From Botryllus schlosseri (lineage: Eukaryota): a stretch of 64,000 nt of DNA. The position numbers were made by a program, and so were the translations under genes. Under the pieces are notes generated by a model that saw nothing but the letters and a program-made list of their open reading frames with translations, did not search any database and was not told the DNA's origin. Shown piece by piece: positions 12,723 through 23,604 of this stretch (position 1 is the first letter of the stretch; each line of letters opens with the position of its first letter). The DNA is taken from assembly GCA_051294905.1 (NCBI GenBank), contig CM119371.1:32614001-32678000 (forward strand), in the 5' to 3' direction.

Positions 12723-13114
12723 TAGGGTTACCATACGTCCTCTTTTGAGAAGATTTGTCCTCTTTTTTGAATCTTTTGAAAGTGTCCTCGGAGGACGCCC
12801 TTTTGTCCTTTTTTTGAGAATTTAGGTCATATTTACTGCAACATTCGACTGATATGTCGTAAATCAGCGCCGGAGTGGTGCTCCGGGTATTTCGGGAACT
12901 GGGCGGGTAGTTGACCTTTTTTGTTAGTCAATCACCTAACAATGTGGAGGAAAATCTGTATTTTGGGCGTTGAGCGAGTAAGTTGACTTTTTTTGGTCAA
13001 CCGACGTCAAAGTAGAAAAAATTCGCCATTTTTTGAGAATTCACCTCCGGATTTGCAAGTCTGAAAATTCTGAATAAGTGTCCTTTTCAGATTTTCAAAA
13101 ATGTTGTAACGCTA
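12723..13114. mobile_element. hAT MITE (TAGGGTTACCATACGTCCTC family)
   Basis: Left TIR TAGGGTTACCA, decayed right end TGTAACGCTA. TSD TGGTATAC / TGTTATAC. GTCCTC repeats. Same family as 21208 and 52082. Confidence 0.8.
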
Positions 13115-13797
13115 TGTTATACCCATTTTATTATAACACTGTTTGGTGATATCGAATGGTTCGCATTTATAAAATACTAATTTTCCTCAATTTTGGCCGT
13201 TTCTGCTCGCATTTTCAAGTACCAAACCAATAGATGAAATCCCGACAGTATGGTCACTTCACTATTTTTCGAAATTGCGATGAAATGACGGTCTTGGTCG
13301 CAGGGTTGTAATGACTCGAGTCATGACTCGACTCGAGTCAGACTCGAGTCACGATTTTTTTATGACTCGACTTGACTCGAGTCAATTTCTTGAAATGGGA
13401 AAATGACTCGACTCGACTTGTACTCGAGTCATTACGCATGACTCGACCCAAGTCATTGACTCGGCTTATTTTATATGACTTGAAGATGAAGAAATTTGCG
13501 AATCATAATGGCTAGATCAACGCATCCGACGAATTCTGCCGACATCGCTATTTGTCACCACTGCTTTCTTCGCACTTGTCTCATATCAGATATGCCGCCG
13601 TAAAAACAACAGAAAATGTACATAGTAGCAATGCATTGTACAAAATCGTCCAGTGATGAAGAGGTAATAGATCCTCCGCAATTAAAGTACTCAAGACTTT
13701 TCAATTATACAAGCAAGCAATTGAATCAAAATTCAATTAGAGCCAATGAAATGACTCAGATGGTGAAGAGACTGATAAGCTCATGTGTAGATTTGAA

Positions 13798-14016
13798 GGC
13801 GATGATTCTTTGCATTTTTGGGCGACTAGAAAGAATGAGTATTGAATGCTATTCAGTGTGGTTCAAAAATGCTTGTCAATTCCTGCATCAAGTTCTAGTG
13901 CACTAGTGGAACGTGTATTCAGTATATGTGGATTCATTTTATGGCCATGCCGCTTTAACATATTTGAGGATCTCCTTTCCACATTAGTATTTTTGAGGTG
14001 TAACTCATTGATTTGA
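13798..14016 (+). pseudogene. hAT (Ac/ZBED-like) transposase dimerisation domain remnant
   Basis: Manual translation: DSLHFWATRKNEY*MLFSVVQKCLSIPASSSSALVERVFSICGFILWPCRFNIFEDLLSTLVFLRCNSLI*. Matches the FW...IPA.S...ERVFS..G motif. Confidence 0.88.
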
Positions 14017-14126
14017 TCTGCTGTCTGTGAAAACACACAATGCCCCTCGTCCATTTGACGTTTTGTTAGGTATGTGCATTGTGCACGTGAGTAATAATGA
14101 ATGGCTAATGTTATGTGAAGTTTGTA

Positions 14127-14617
14127 CAATATGGCTGTTCTAAAATAACTTCTTTTTTTATTTTACTGGGTGGTTACTTGATAAAATTGTTATGTTGCAT
14201 AGAAGGAACACTGAATCTGGCTTAATTTGAAAAAAGTGGAATCAATGATGTAAGAGGAGAATATTTTGGATTTGAAAATAAATGGAGTATTTTAGTGAGA
14301 AATTATTTCATATAATATAATTACATAGTAGTAAGCCGACTATTTTTTCATATCCAAAACATTCTAATCTAATAACTTCACTTTTTCTAGTTGGAATGGA
14401 GTCAAATTTGCTATGAATCATATTTTTACACAATGTAACAATATCATGAGATAGCCGGTAAAATTCGAAAATATCTATTTGAAATTAGTCTAAAATTTTC
14501 TTTCATAGCATTGCTTTCTACTGGTTGGAATTGAGCCAAATTTGATTTTTTAGGCAATCTAGCAATTTTAAGAAGTAGCCGGAAAATTTGAAAAAATGTT
14601 TTTGAACAGCCCCATTG
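14127..14617. mobile_element. TA-flanked foldback MITE (Tc1/mariner-like ends)
   Basis: TA|CAATATGGCTGTTCTAAAA ... TTTTGAACAGCCCCATTG|TA, with internal inverted arms. Related to 11581-12180. Confidence 0.6.
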
Positions 14618-16409
14618 TACAATCATTTCTCCAATGCTGTAACTGCGATGTAGTCTGTAATGCACTTTAGTATAATCAAAAGGTATCTGTTCTGTTGTCA
14701 CTGCACAATGTACATAGTTGCATGCACGCTTTTACAGCATGCTGGCCTGTTGTAAATACCTCTACATAAACATGCATCTATTGATTCTCTATCAACTAGT
14801 ATCTTGACGTGAATTTGTTGGTTCTCTATCAGATAGTATGTAGACGTGAATTCGTTGGCTCTCTATCAGCTATTCGTGAGCTATCGTCGCTGTGCTCATA
14901 ATAAAAACTGAATGCTTGTATTGGTGATGTATCAGACTGACAAGAGAGATATTTGATTTTAAGGTCTAAGATTAGTAAAGTTATCTTTAGCATCGGTAAA
15001 TGAGGCCAGGACCTGTCCGTTATCTGCCTAAATAAACACGTGTCAAGACTCTGGGCAAAATGAGCATGTTTCGCAAACAAGGAATTCGATATCACCCAAG
15101 CAGGATTGAAAACATGAGTTGAACATGACTTCAATACTGTGACTTGGACTCGACTCGAGTCATAACACCATGACTCGGACTTGACCCCTTAAACGGTGAC
15201 TTGGACTCGGACTCGAGTCTGTGATGAATTGAAAATGACTCGACTCGAGTCAATACCACAAAAGTATGATTGATTCGTGACTCGGAACCATGTGACTTGG
15301 TTACATCCCTGCTTGGTCGTCTGAGTCTCGATTCATATGACTCGGTTCGAGTCATGAACCGTATTTTGAGAAAATGACCCGAGTCGAGTCATCAGAAAGT
15401 TGTGACTGGAGTCGGATTCGAGTCATTATAGAACCCTTGTATGAACCCGTGCTCGATGGTTGTTATAGCAACCAGGGTTGAAATGACTCGAGTAAAGACT
15501 CGACTCGAGTCGAGTCATGTTTTCAAAATACGGAAATGACTCGACTCGAGTCAATCTGTGTATTGACTCCACTTGGACTTCATTTCGCATGACTCGAGCC
15601 AAGTCATATGACTTGAGAATCAGACGACCAAGACCGACATTTCATTGTAATTTCGAAGAATATTAAAGTCACCGCACTATTGGGATTTCATCTATTGGTA
15701 CTGGTACTTGAAAATGCGACCAAAAACTGTGTGAAAAGTTAGTATATTATAAATGCGAACCGGAATCGCCTATGCGTAACAAAAACAAATTTCTTTAGTG
15801 AGGAACACTGACTCCCAAGTTTTATTTCTTTGTGGAGCTCATCATTTTCTTCTGCTGTTCGCATATGTACTGTGAAGCTAAAATTGATCGAATGAAGTCT
15901 TATTGAATCACGCAGGGCGCGAAGAAAATTTCGAGATTACTGAATCTCTTAAAGAATTTAGGAGTAAAATCGTGAAGCCCATTTGCAGGTCCACTGCCGT
16001 CAACACATAGTAATTGAATCACATGTCAACGGCCGTATAAATATACTTCTACGGACGCAGGTTGGCCACCCCTTGCAATATAGGGATAGCATATTTTGAG
16101 ACCCAAAATCAGGCACTCATTACAAATTCGAAATTTATTATATTGGACGCGAATACGGGTAATTTGAAAACCTATATAGAAAATCCTGTTGTGTTGCCCT
16201 AAAAAAGTTATGTTGCCATCTCCACTCCTGCAAAACCATCGAAGTAGCTCGCAACTCGTAAGTTTAAACAAACTTCGCTAAGTTGCGACCGTACGAGTTC
16301 ATGACCTTCAGCAGTAGAATAAATGCAAAGTCGTATTTCTTTGTAGCTGCATAGTCGTAACGGTAATTTGGATGAAATTTTATTGTTATTGACGGCTTAC
16401 CAGCAAAAA

Positions 16410-16442
<33 letters not shown>

Positions 16443-16752
16443 CCATAGCCATAGATGTCAATAGTTTCTCAGTGCTTAGTGCTCAGAATTTCACATCCCT
16501 TGGTGGATTTGAGGGGATTTCGGTATTCTGGCATAGTCAATATTTGGACTTACGGAATCAGTGCGTCGATAGCATTTGATTGATGCTAGTTATTATAAAT
16601 TATCAGCTGTCAATGATGAATTACATTATCGAGGTGAGGCACGACTGGCAATTATCTTATACTTGTCCAGACGACAGGTGAGGTATTGCCTCACTCCCCT
16701 TCCTGACTGCACGTCACTGAAATGATCCCTCCGCAGTACCATGCTTATTGCT

Positions 16753-18534
16753 TAGGGCCGTAACAGTACGTCGTCAGCCCCCCTCAAAACGGTGGTTTCG
16801 GGCCTCCATACGATGATATACCGAACTGCTGGGGTGCTTCTCCCCCCAGACCCCTCAGGCTGCACGCTGTTTACCGCTACTTATAATCTACATTGGAGGC
16901 CGTTTACTGAAGCAGCATTTCTGGCGTTAATTTCTATTATTCATGAATGAATCGGTCCATAAGATCGGGAGTTGCATGTATATTGTTATTGCAATCAATT
17001 TCTTGTCCTCTCTGCTCACGTAATCAGATTTACCGGTAGAGCTAACTGAGGTGTCTTGGATAGGCTACTGTATGGCCCGTTGGTATGACTCCGTAGCATG
17101 ATGTTATTTCATGACCTCCTGTCTGCTATATCAAAAAAAAAAATAGAATCGCCCAAACGTAGGCTATTAAACTAAAAAACGCACACGATTTTAAATCGGT
17201 ATTCCTTCACTGGCATATAATTTTTCCCTGCGTGATGGTATATGTCTTGTGAGGTTCAGATTGCCGAGACAAGAACATTCGGCAGCCGTCATTTAGGCGC
17301 CTATGGACAATAAAACCTATATGTGCATATGTGCATATAACGAAGTTTTCGGTCAGCATAAGGGCAGTCCTTTTCGGCCAAGGTTTTCTCGCTGCCGATC
17401 GTTCTGGCACACTTCTTGGAGTCGCATGTTACATGGCGTAAAACACTGGTTCTCAATTTTTTGTCTTCGCGGACCCCTTTTGGACCACCACGGACCTCGC
17501 AGACCCCCTCAAGTTTTCGTTCAAAATTAGCTCGATTATCGCGCAACCGCCATCTGTCTCGTGCAGATACTGATTGTAGGCTATTGATAAACAGCAACAA
17601 AATGGCTTTTCTTGAAAATAGCATCACAGTATATGTAAAAATTGGGTAGACTTTTATTATATAGTAACGAATTTTGCAGCTGTATTTATTGTCTTGAAAA
17701 TCCGTGACTTCGATTGGATACGAACGAGTGCCAAAAATCCATTTTCACACATATATATTGGTGGCGAATGTAATATTAACGCGTAACGCTTTCGACGACA
17801 GATTTTTGTTGTGAGTTTTTAATAAAAAGTTCACGTCCAGCCTGGTCGTTTTTATTTATGATCTCAGCTTGAAGTTATTTAGTGGTTATATCACAGGAGT
17901 AAATGGATTTCTTAGAGAGTTTTCAATTACTTCATTGGGACAGATTAGGAAAAAATAAGGAATTTATATTTAAACGACTGTTTGATAATTTGCTGAGACT
18001 GACAACTCCAAATCCAAAGTGCTACCTCTAACATTTCATTTTTCCACAGACCCCAACAAAACATCTCTAAACAGTAGGATGTGTCATCTCAGAAGACCAT
18101 TTCAATGATGTGAGTCCTAAACTTTTAGCAATTATGAAGCGAAACCGTCATGCCTTTCCTAACTGAAAAAATAGGTTATCAATCTCATTACAAATTTAGA
18201 GGCTTCGCGGACCCCCTGAAAACGCTTCGTGGACTCCCGGTTGAGGACCACTGACCAAAAACTTTATATGTCTTGGTGCATCGTGGCGTGGTAATGGCCA
18301 ACACCGATATGCCCATTTCAATAAATCTTGCGTATTTTTTCGTGGGGGAAGAGTACCCCAAAATCAAGATATTTGGCAACTTGAAATCGCGCCCAGCGTG
18401 AATAATTTTTGAAAATGTTGCATAAATTTTCAAAAAATACTCTATAATTTATGGTAATTCATGAAATAATTTAGGGCCCCCTTCGAGCTCGCCCCTCCAA
18501 TTGGGGGGTTTGAAGAGCGGCAGTTACGGTCGTG
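16753..18534. mobile_element. composite hAT element (CAGGACCGTAAC family), unit-1 copy
   Basis: Paralog of 43424-47207 with damaged ends (TAGGGCCGTAAC / GTTACGGTCGTG), followed by CTTATATA. Confidence 0.75.
17444..18253. mobile_element. nested hAT MITE (CAGTGGTTCTCAAC / GCGGACCCC family)
   Basis: Ends CACTGGTTCTCAA / TTGAGGACCACTG. Paralog of 46156-46976. Empty site at about 1700. Confidence 0.8.
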
Positions 18535-19261
18535 CTTATATAATAATGGATATTATTAATATTAATAAATAATGCATATATATTAATGCAAGGGGCATAT
18601 ACCGTAAGTCAATCCATACTTGTTTCAATGTGGAACATAGGTTCGTTTTGCAGACGGGTCCACGAAAAGTATTTTATCTTTGAAACCGCTCCGCAGAGCT
18701 AAAATGGTTGCCGATCTACTTCCTTAATACACACTTTATTTATAGGGTTGTGTTCTGTGCATCCTTCAACTATTTGAAATCCTTTTATATCTGAAAACTC
18801 CTCAAATTATGAATGACTTTTTTAGACAGACACATATTGAGTAAGCACATGCATTGCAGCTTTGCACCAAAGCCACCCATGGCATGTATAATTTTACTAT
18901 GTCTTAAATTAGAACTTTTATGAGTAAGTTTCTGTGACTTCATTCTACACTCAGCTCACATAAGTGTTCTTGAGATGGTCTATCCACAGTATCTGAATCT
19001 CAAAAACTTCAGATATTCAATACTAAACCAGCTAACAGAACACAGATCTGTACAAATATCAGTAATAATCAGTCACGTTACAAGAACTGCTGCTGAGACT
19101 TTATTAAGCGTCTAACCGTCGAAGCGGCTAGATGGGAAAGACACAGGAACAACACAAGACATCACTACTATAACAGGGAGTGGTATAGAGCACGGCTGCC
19201 ACATATCGACTGCAATTGTACATGTGAATATCCCTATGCATTTTATGAAACGTCAATGAAT

Positions 19262-20434
19262 TTACGTCAGGAAATATTGGAGAACAAAATCCAATAATTG
19301 GACAGAGATGAAAAAAAAAACGTTTTTCAGATACTTGAATGTAATACATATTAATGAGTTTACGCTTGGAGTAACCCTTCGCAGTATATGCTCTCTCCCA
19401 TACATTTCATCCAAGTTGTTGATGCCAGTATGCACATTCATATGTCGCCGGAGGTGATTCTTCTGATTAAACGCTCTCCTGCATAAATCACATTTATGAT
19501 TTTTGATGCCTGCATGTATGTACATATGAAGCTTGAGGTGACCCTTTTGAGAAAATGCTTTTCCACATACAGCACATCCATAATCTTTGATACCAGCATG
19601 CATATTCATATGTTGCTTGAGGTCCAGTTTATGAGTAAATTCTTTTCCACATACATCACATTTATGTCTTTTGATGCCAGCATGCATATCCATATGACGT
19701 TTGATGTGACCATCCTGAGTAAGTGCTTTTCCACATACATCACATTTATATTTTTTGATGCCAGCGTGCATATTCATATGTCTCCTGAGGCCATCCTTCT
19801 CAGTAAATGCTTTCCCACATACATCGCATTCATGATTTTTGATGCCAGCATGCATATCCATATGACGTTTGATGTGATCATCCCGAGTAAATGCTTTTCC
19901 ACATACATCACATTTATATTTTTTGATGTCAGCGTGCATATTCATATGTTTCCTGAGGCCACCCTTCCCAGAAAAGGCTTTCCCACATACATCACATTCA
20001 TGATTTTTGATGCCGGCATGCATATCCATATGACATTTGATGTCACCATACTGAGTAAATGATTTTCCACACACATCACATACATGATCTTTGATGCCAG
20101 CATGTATATGCATATGTTTACTGAGGACATGTTTCTGGGTAAATGCTTTCCCACATATATCACATTCATGTCTTTTGACGCCAGCGTGCATATCCATATG
20201 AGACTTGAGGTAGCTCTTCAGATGAAATGATTTCCCACATATACCACATTCATGACTTTTGATGCCAACATGCATATTCATATGTCGCTTGAGGTTATTC
20301 TTCATTGTAAATGCTCTCCCACATACATCACATATATGAGTTTTGGTGTACGCGTTTTGCGAGAACTCTTCTCTGGCAACATCGCATGGATGATCTTTCA
20401 AGTCGTGATGAATAGATAATTTCTCTGACTCCAT
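19262..20434 (-). CDS. tandem C2H2 zinc-finger protein, 11 fingers (ZF-1)
   Basis: 390-aa ORF with 11 CxxC-x12-HxxxH units at 28-aa spacing. ATG is in GACATGG context with an in-frame stop 13 codons upstream. Upstream exons cannot be excluded. Confidence 0.9.
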   Translation of the reverse strand: MESEKLSIHHDLKDHPCDVAREEFSQNAYTKTHICDVCGRAFTMKNNLKRHMNMHVGIKSHECGICGKSFHLKSYLKSHMDMHAGVKRHECDICGKAFTQKHVLSKHMHIHAGIKDHVCDVCGKSFTQYGDIKCHMDMHAGIKNHECDVCGKAFSGKGGLRKHMNMHADIKKYKCDVCGKAFTRDDHIKRHMDMHAGIKNHECDVCGKAFTEKDGLRRHMNMHAGIKKYKCDVCGKALTQDGHIKRHMDMHAGIKRHKCDVCGKEFTHKLDLKQHMNMHAGIKDYGCAVCGKAFSQKGHLKLHMYIHAGIKNHKCDLCRRAFNQKNHLRRHMNVHTGINNLDEMYGREHILRRVTPSVNSLICITFKYLKNVFFFISVQLLDFVLQYFLT

Positions 20435-21207
20435 GTCGCCCTTGTTATGGAAATGACCGTACGATGGTGTTTATTTATTACAGTGGAATATCTGTTTTCA
20501 AGTTCAAAGTGGTTATTACATATTTTCAACAATTTCTTCAGTGTATATACCAGTAAGCTAGTTCTTTGACGGTATGGCACTGTCTGATAAATATGAAACT
20601 ATGAAAGTGTCGAACTAATCTTAACAAAGAGCAGCATTAGACTGTCATTGTCATACTATTATATCATGCAATAAAAATATGATCACGTATTTAAACAATT
20701 TGATCGGAATTAGTCAAATAGCATCAATGCGATCATCATTTTGATCACTTCTGAATAATTAAAACTATAGACAGATAATACCACTATGAAAAACTATTGA
20801 CAAAACATCCTCAATTTACAACAAATCACCGATCAACTGGCAAAGCAACATAGAGCTTTGTGGTAAAGGTGCATATATATCTGCTGGTGAAGAGAACGTA
20901 TGGCTCATTTTTGGACACGAAATGGCCTCGTAGTTGAATCTTCAATCTCGCACTTAATTCTCGTCTTGGTTATAAATATCGCTGTAACGATTTGGTGGAT
21001 TTCATAATGGCCTGAATCATTATTCTTGTGGTACCTGAGACAAGTGTATGTGAGGTTACCTTAACATACAAAATATAGACGTATGCAAGTTAAACTCAGA
21101 TGTCACTACTAAGATTTTTATTAAAGTCATTTCGACACCATCGGATTTTCGAAAGGCACAATGGCACTCCGATGTAATCCGGTTTTGACAAAAATATGTA
21201 TATATTA

Positions 21208-21630
21208 TAGGCTTACCATACGTCCTCTTTTAAGAGGATTTGTCCTCGTTTTTGGCTCTTTTGAAAGTGTCCTCGGAGGACGCCCTTTTGTCCTCTTTTT
21301 TGAGATTTTGTCCTCTTTTTTGAAAATTTAGGTCAGATTTAGAGCAAATTGCGAGTGATATGCCGCAAATTAGCACAGAAGTGAAGCTCCGGCGGGTATT
21401 TCAGGTCTGAGCGAAAAGATGACCTTTTTTTTTTAGTCATCCACCTGGCAATGCGGAGAGAAAAACGGTATTTTTAGCTCTGAGCGGAAATAATAACCTT
21501 TTTTTTAGTCAACCGATCACAAAGTGGGAAAAATTAACCGGTTTTTCAGAATTCTACTCCGGTTTTGCTGCAAGTTGCAAATTTCTGAAAAAGTGTCCTC
21601 TTTTTAGATTTCCAAAATATGGTAAGCCTA
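21208..21630. mobile_element. hAT MITE (TAGGCTTACCATA family) upstream of ZF-1
   Basis: TIRs TAGGCTTACCATA / TATGGTAAGCCTA. TSD ATATATTA / AAATATTA. Confidence 0.88.
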
Positions 21631-22593
21631 AAATATTATCCCTCAGGTATCACACACTTACACTATCATAACATTCGGGAAATATTAGTCTTAAATTAGA
21701 ATTACGTTTATGATTCACAATGAGCAGACTATGGGACTTCTACAACGACAGGCCTGTAAAGTAGGCTACAAGATGTAAAATGGCAAATGATGAAAACACC
21801 GACTTGAAAACATCTATGTCACAAACGACATGGATATTGAAAAAAAAAATTTGACTTTGTAAACAATTTTTACACTTTTTTGTCCTAAAGCAACAATTAT
21901 TACAATATTTTTACTTTTTTTGCGAAGTTAAAAAAAAACCTTGTCTTTAACCATGGAAAATCGCGCTTCGTTATAAGAATTTTTTGCGTCGTGACATTCA
22001 AAAGATATTAAATAGATGTTACAAGAGCGCTCTGGTGTCGTCGCGACCCAAAATTGTACCATTCGTGTCCCATACTTCAAGAACTCCTGTCCTGCAGTCA
22101 TAGTCATGTTTAAAGCGTGGTAATAACCGCTGCCCCTAGGCCGATTTACCTAAAATATACGCATTTGCTCGTAGTAATCATATTAAAATCTGGTCCTGTG
22201 AAGACATGTACTCGCCGCAAGCGCGACGGAGATTTTCAAGTTGAATAGATCTCCAACAAACGACCAACGTAATATTTTAGGCCCCTTCTATCTCTCCAGA
22301 AATGGGGGTTTGGGGTGCAGCAGCTATGACCCTGGTAGATCGTCTTCAGGGGCGTCAAACATACGGCCCACGGGCCGATTCCGTCATACCAGGCCATTTT
22401 ATGCGGAAGCAATTATGAGTGAATTCTTGTATTATCCAGCACGTTTACAACAAATGTTGTTCACAGAAGCCAAAAAGCCAACGCTAGACCGTCTTGACAT
22501 AAACCCAAATTGCGATTTAATACTAATGAGCATGATTTCAATATCTGCGTTTATAGTCAAACTTGAAACGAAATGGAGCATAGAAATATGCAA

Positions 22594-22761
22594 AACTACT
22601 TACTTACTTGAGTAGATTTAAAGCCAGCAAATTCTACTTCTACTTCAAGTAGTTCTAGGTTGCTTATGTAAGAAGTACTTCTACTTGCACTTGAGTAGAT
22701 TTTTGCATCGCTACTTCTACTTCTACTTGAGTAGTTTTCTTGACTACTTTGACCACCTCTG
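22594..22761 (+). mobile_element. isolated right end of CAGAGGTGGTCA-family hAT element
   Basis: Matches 49228-49395, including TACTT repeats and terminal TGACCACCTCTG. Confidence 0.8.
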
Positions 22762-23604
22762 TATATACTACAGCTTCAGCCCAATAAGATCACACAACGT
22801 ATAGTGTCATTGTTAAGCTTTATATATTTGTATTCACTGATGGTGGATCCGTACTGAAACGTTTAATTCGCTCAACACTTGCATAAGCGCCTTTGCTTTC
22901 TCTCGATGAAAACACGACATGTAGGCTTCAGCCGTTTCGTTCACAATGAAGCAGTCATGCTGTAAAAGCTTCTGTGAAGCAGGTGTTGTTTGTTCATCAT
23001 CTATTTCGTACCTCAACATGTCCTGAATTAATCTTAAATCATCACCTGCCAACCTACTAACAATGCGCACTCAGAATCCCCGCCGGTAGCAGACTTCTTG
23101 AACACCTGATCAGCAAGCTGCTGCTGCCGTGGTCATTGAAGCATAGCCGATTTGCCAATCAAGAGCCGTGGTTATTTGATTACTAGTCTTCTCTCCGTTC
23201 TATGGTCAGTGACACGCCCATTCTTGAACAGCTACTTTCAAACGCTTTGACCGAAATCTTAACGGCTTTCCTGTAAGCTTCTTTCAGGCTAATTGTTGTT
23301 TTTCATCAATAATCTATAGAATGAGAAACAATCACGAAGACTTTCTGAGATTTTCCAAATTTTAGACAACCCTACCGTCCGCGGCCGCACAAATTTCCCT
23401 TTACGGCCGCAGGTTGGCCACTCCTGGCCTAAGCTATAGTAGCCAATTTGCTGCACATCGGAACAAAATATTGCTTAGTATCTTCTTTTTGTAAAACAAA
23501 TTCCGGTTGGTTTGTGCAAATGAAATATATTTTCCAAATAAAGTACGAATAGAACTGAAAAATGTTGAAAAGCACTGGCCTAAACTATAGCATTTCACCA
23601 AATA

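Larger units (their letters stand above)
13301..15311 (+). mobile_element. internally deleted hAT transposon (GACTCGAGTC family) retaining a transposase 3' end
   Basis: TIRs CAGGGTTGTAA / TTACATCCCTG. Perfect TSD CTTGGTCG (13293-13300, 15312-15319). Contains the dimerisation-domain remnant at 13798-14016. Confidence 0.9.
12526..15438 (-). mobile_element. older GACTCGAGTC-family hAT MITE hosting nested insertions
   Basis: Begins CAGGGTTGTA. After removing 12723-13114 and 13301-15311 it is the reverse complement of 9547-10080. Right end is decayed. Confidence 0.7.
3150..22595 (+). repeat. segmental duplication unit 1 (cassette A-B-C, TE nest, ZF gene, ZF upstream region)
   Basis: Colinear with 32863-53472, e.g. 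3500-5000 vs 33220-34700, 15770-19430 vs 42410-48110, and 19560-22595 vs 50435-53472. Confidence 0.9.

Noticed and set aside
19430..20338. Regular 84-bp repeats with variable middles resembling a CRISPR array
   Set aside because: These are in-frame C2H2 coding repeats in a eukaryotic context, with no cas genes.
20860..21180. Possible upstream coding exons of the ZF gene (AG|GTAACC donor, TTGTCTCAG acceptor, IKCEIED peptide)
   Set aside because: The implied intron is only about 25 nt and the frames contain stops. Cannot be supported without transcripts.
22241..22615. 124-aa ORF conserved with 53119-53418
   Set aside because: Conservation reflects the recent duplication. It spans MITE ends, starts at TTG and is truncated in the other copy.
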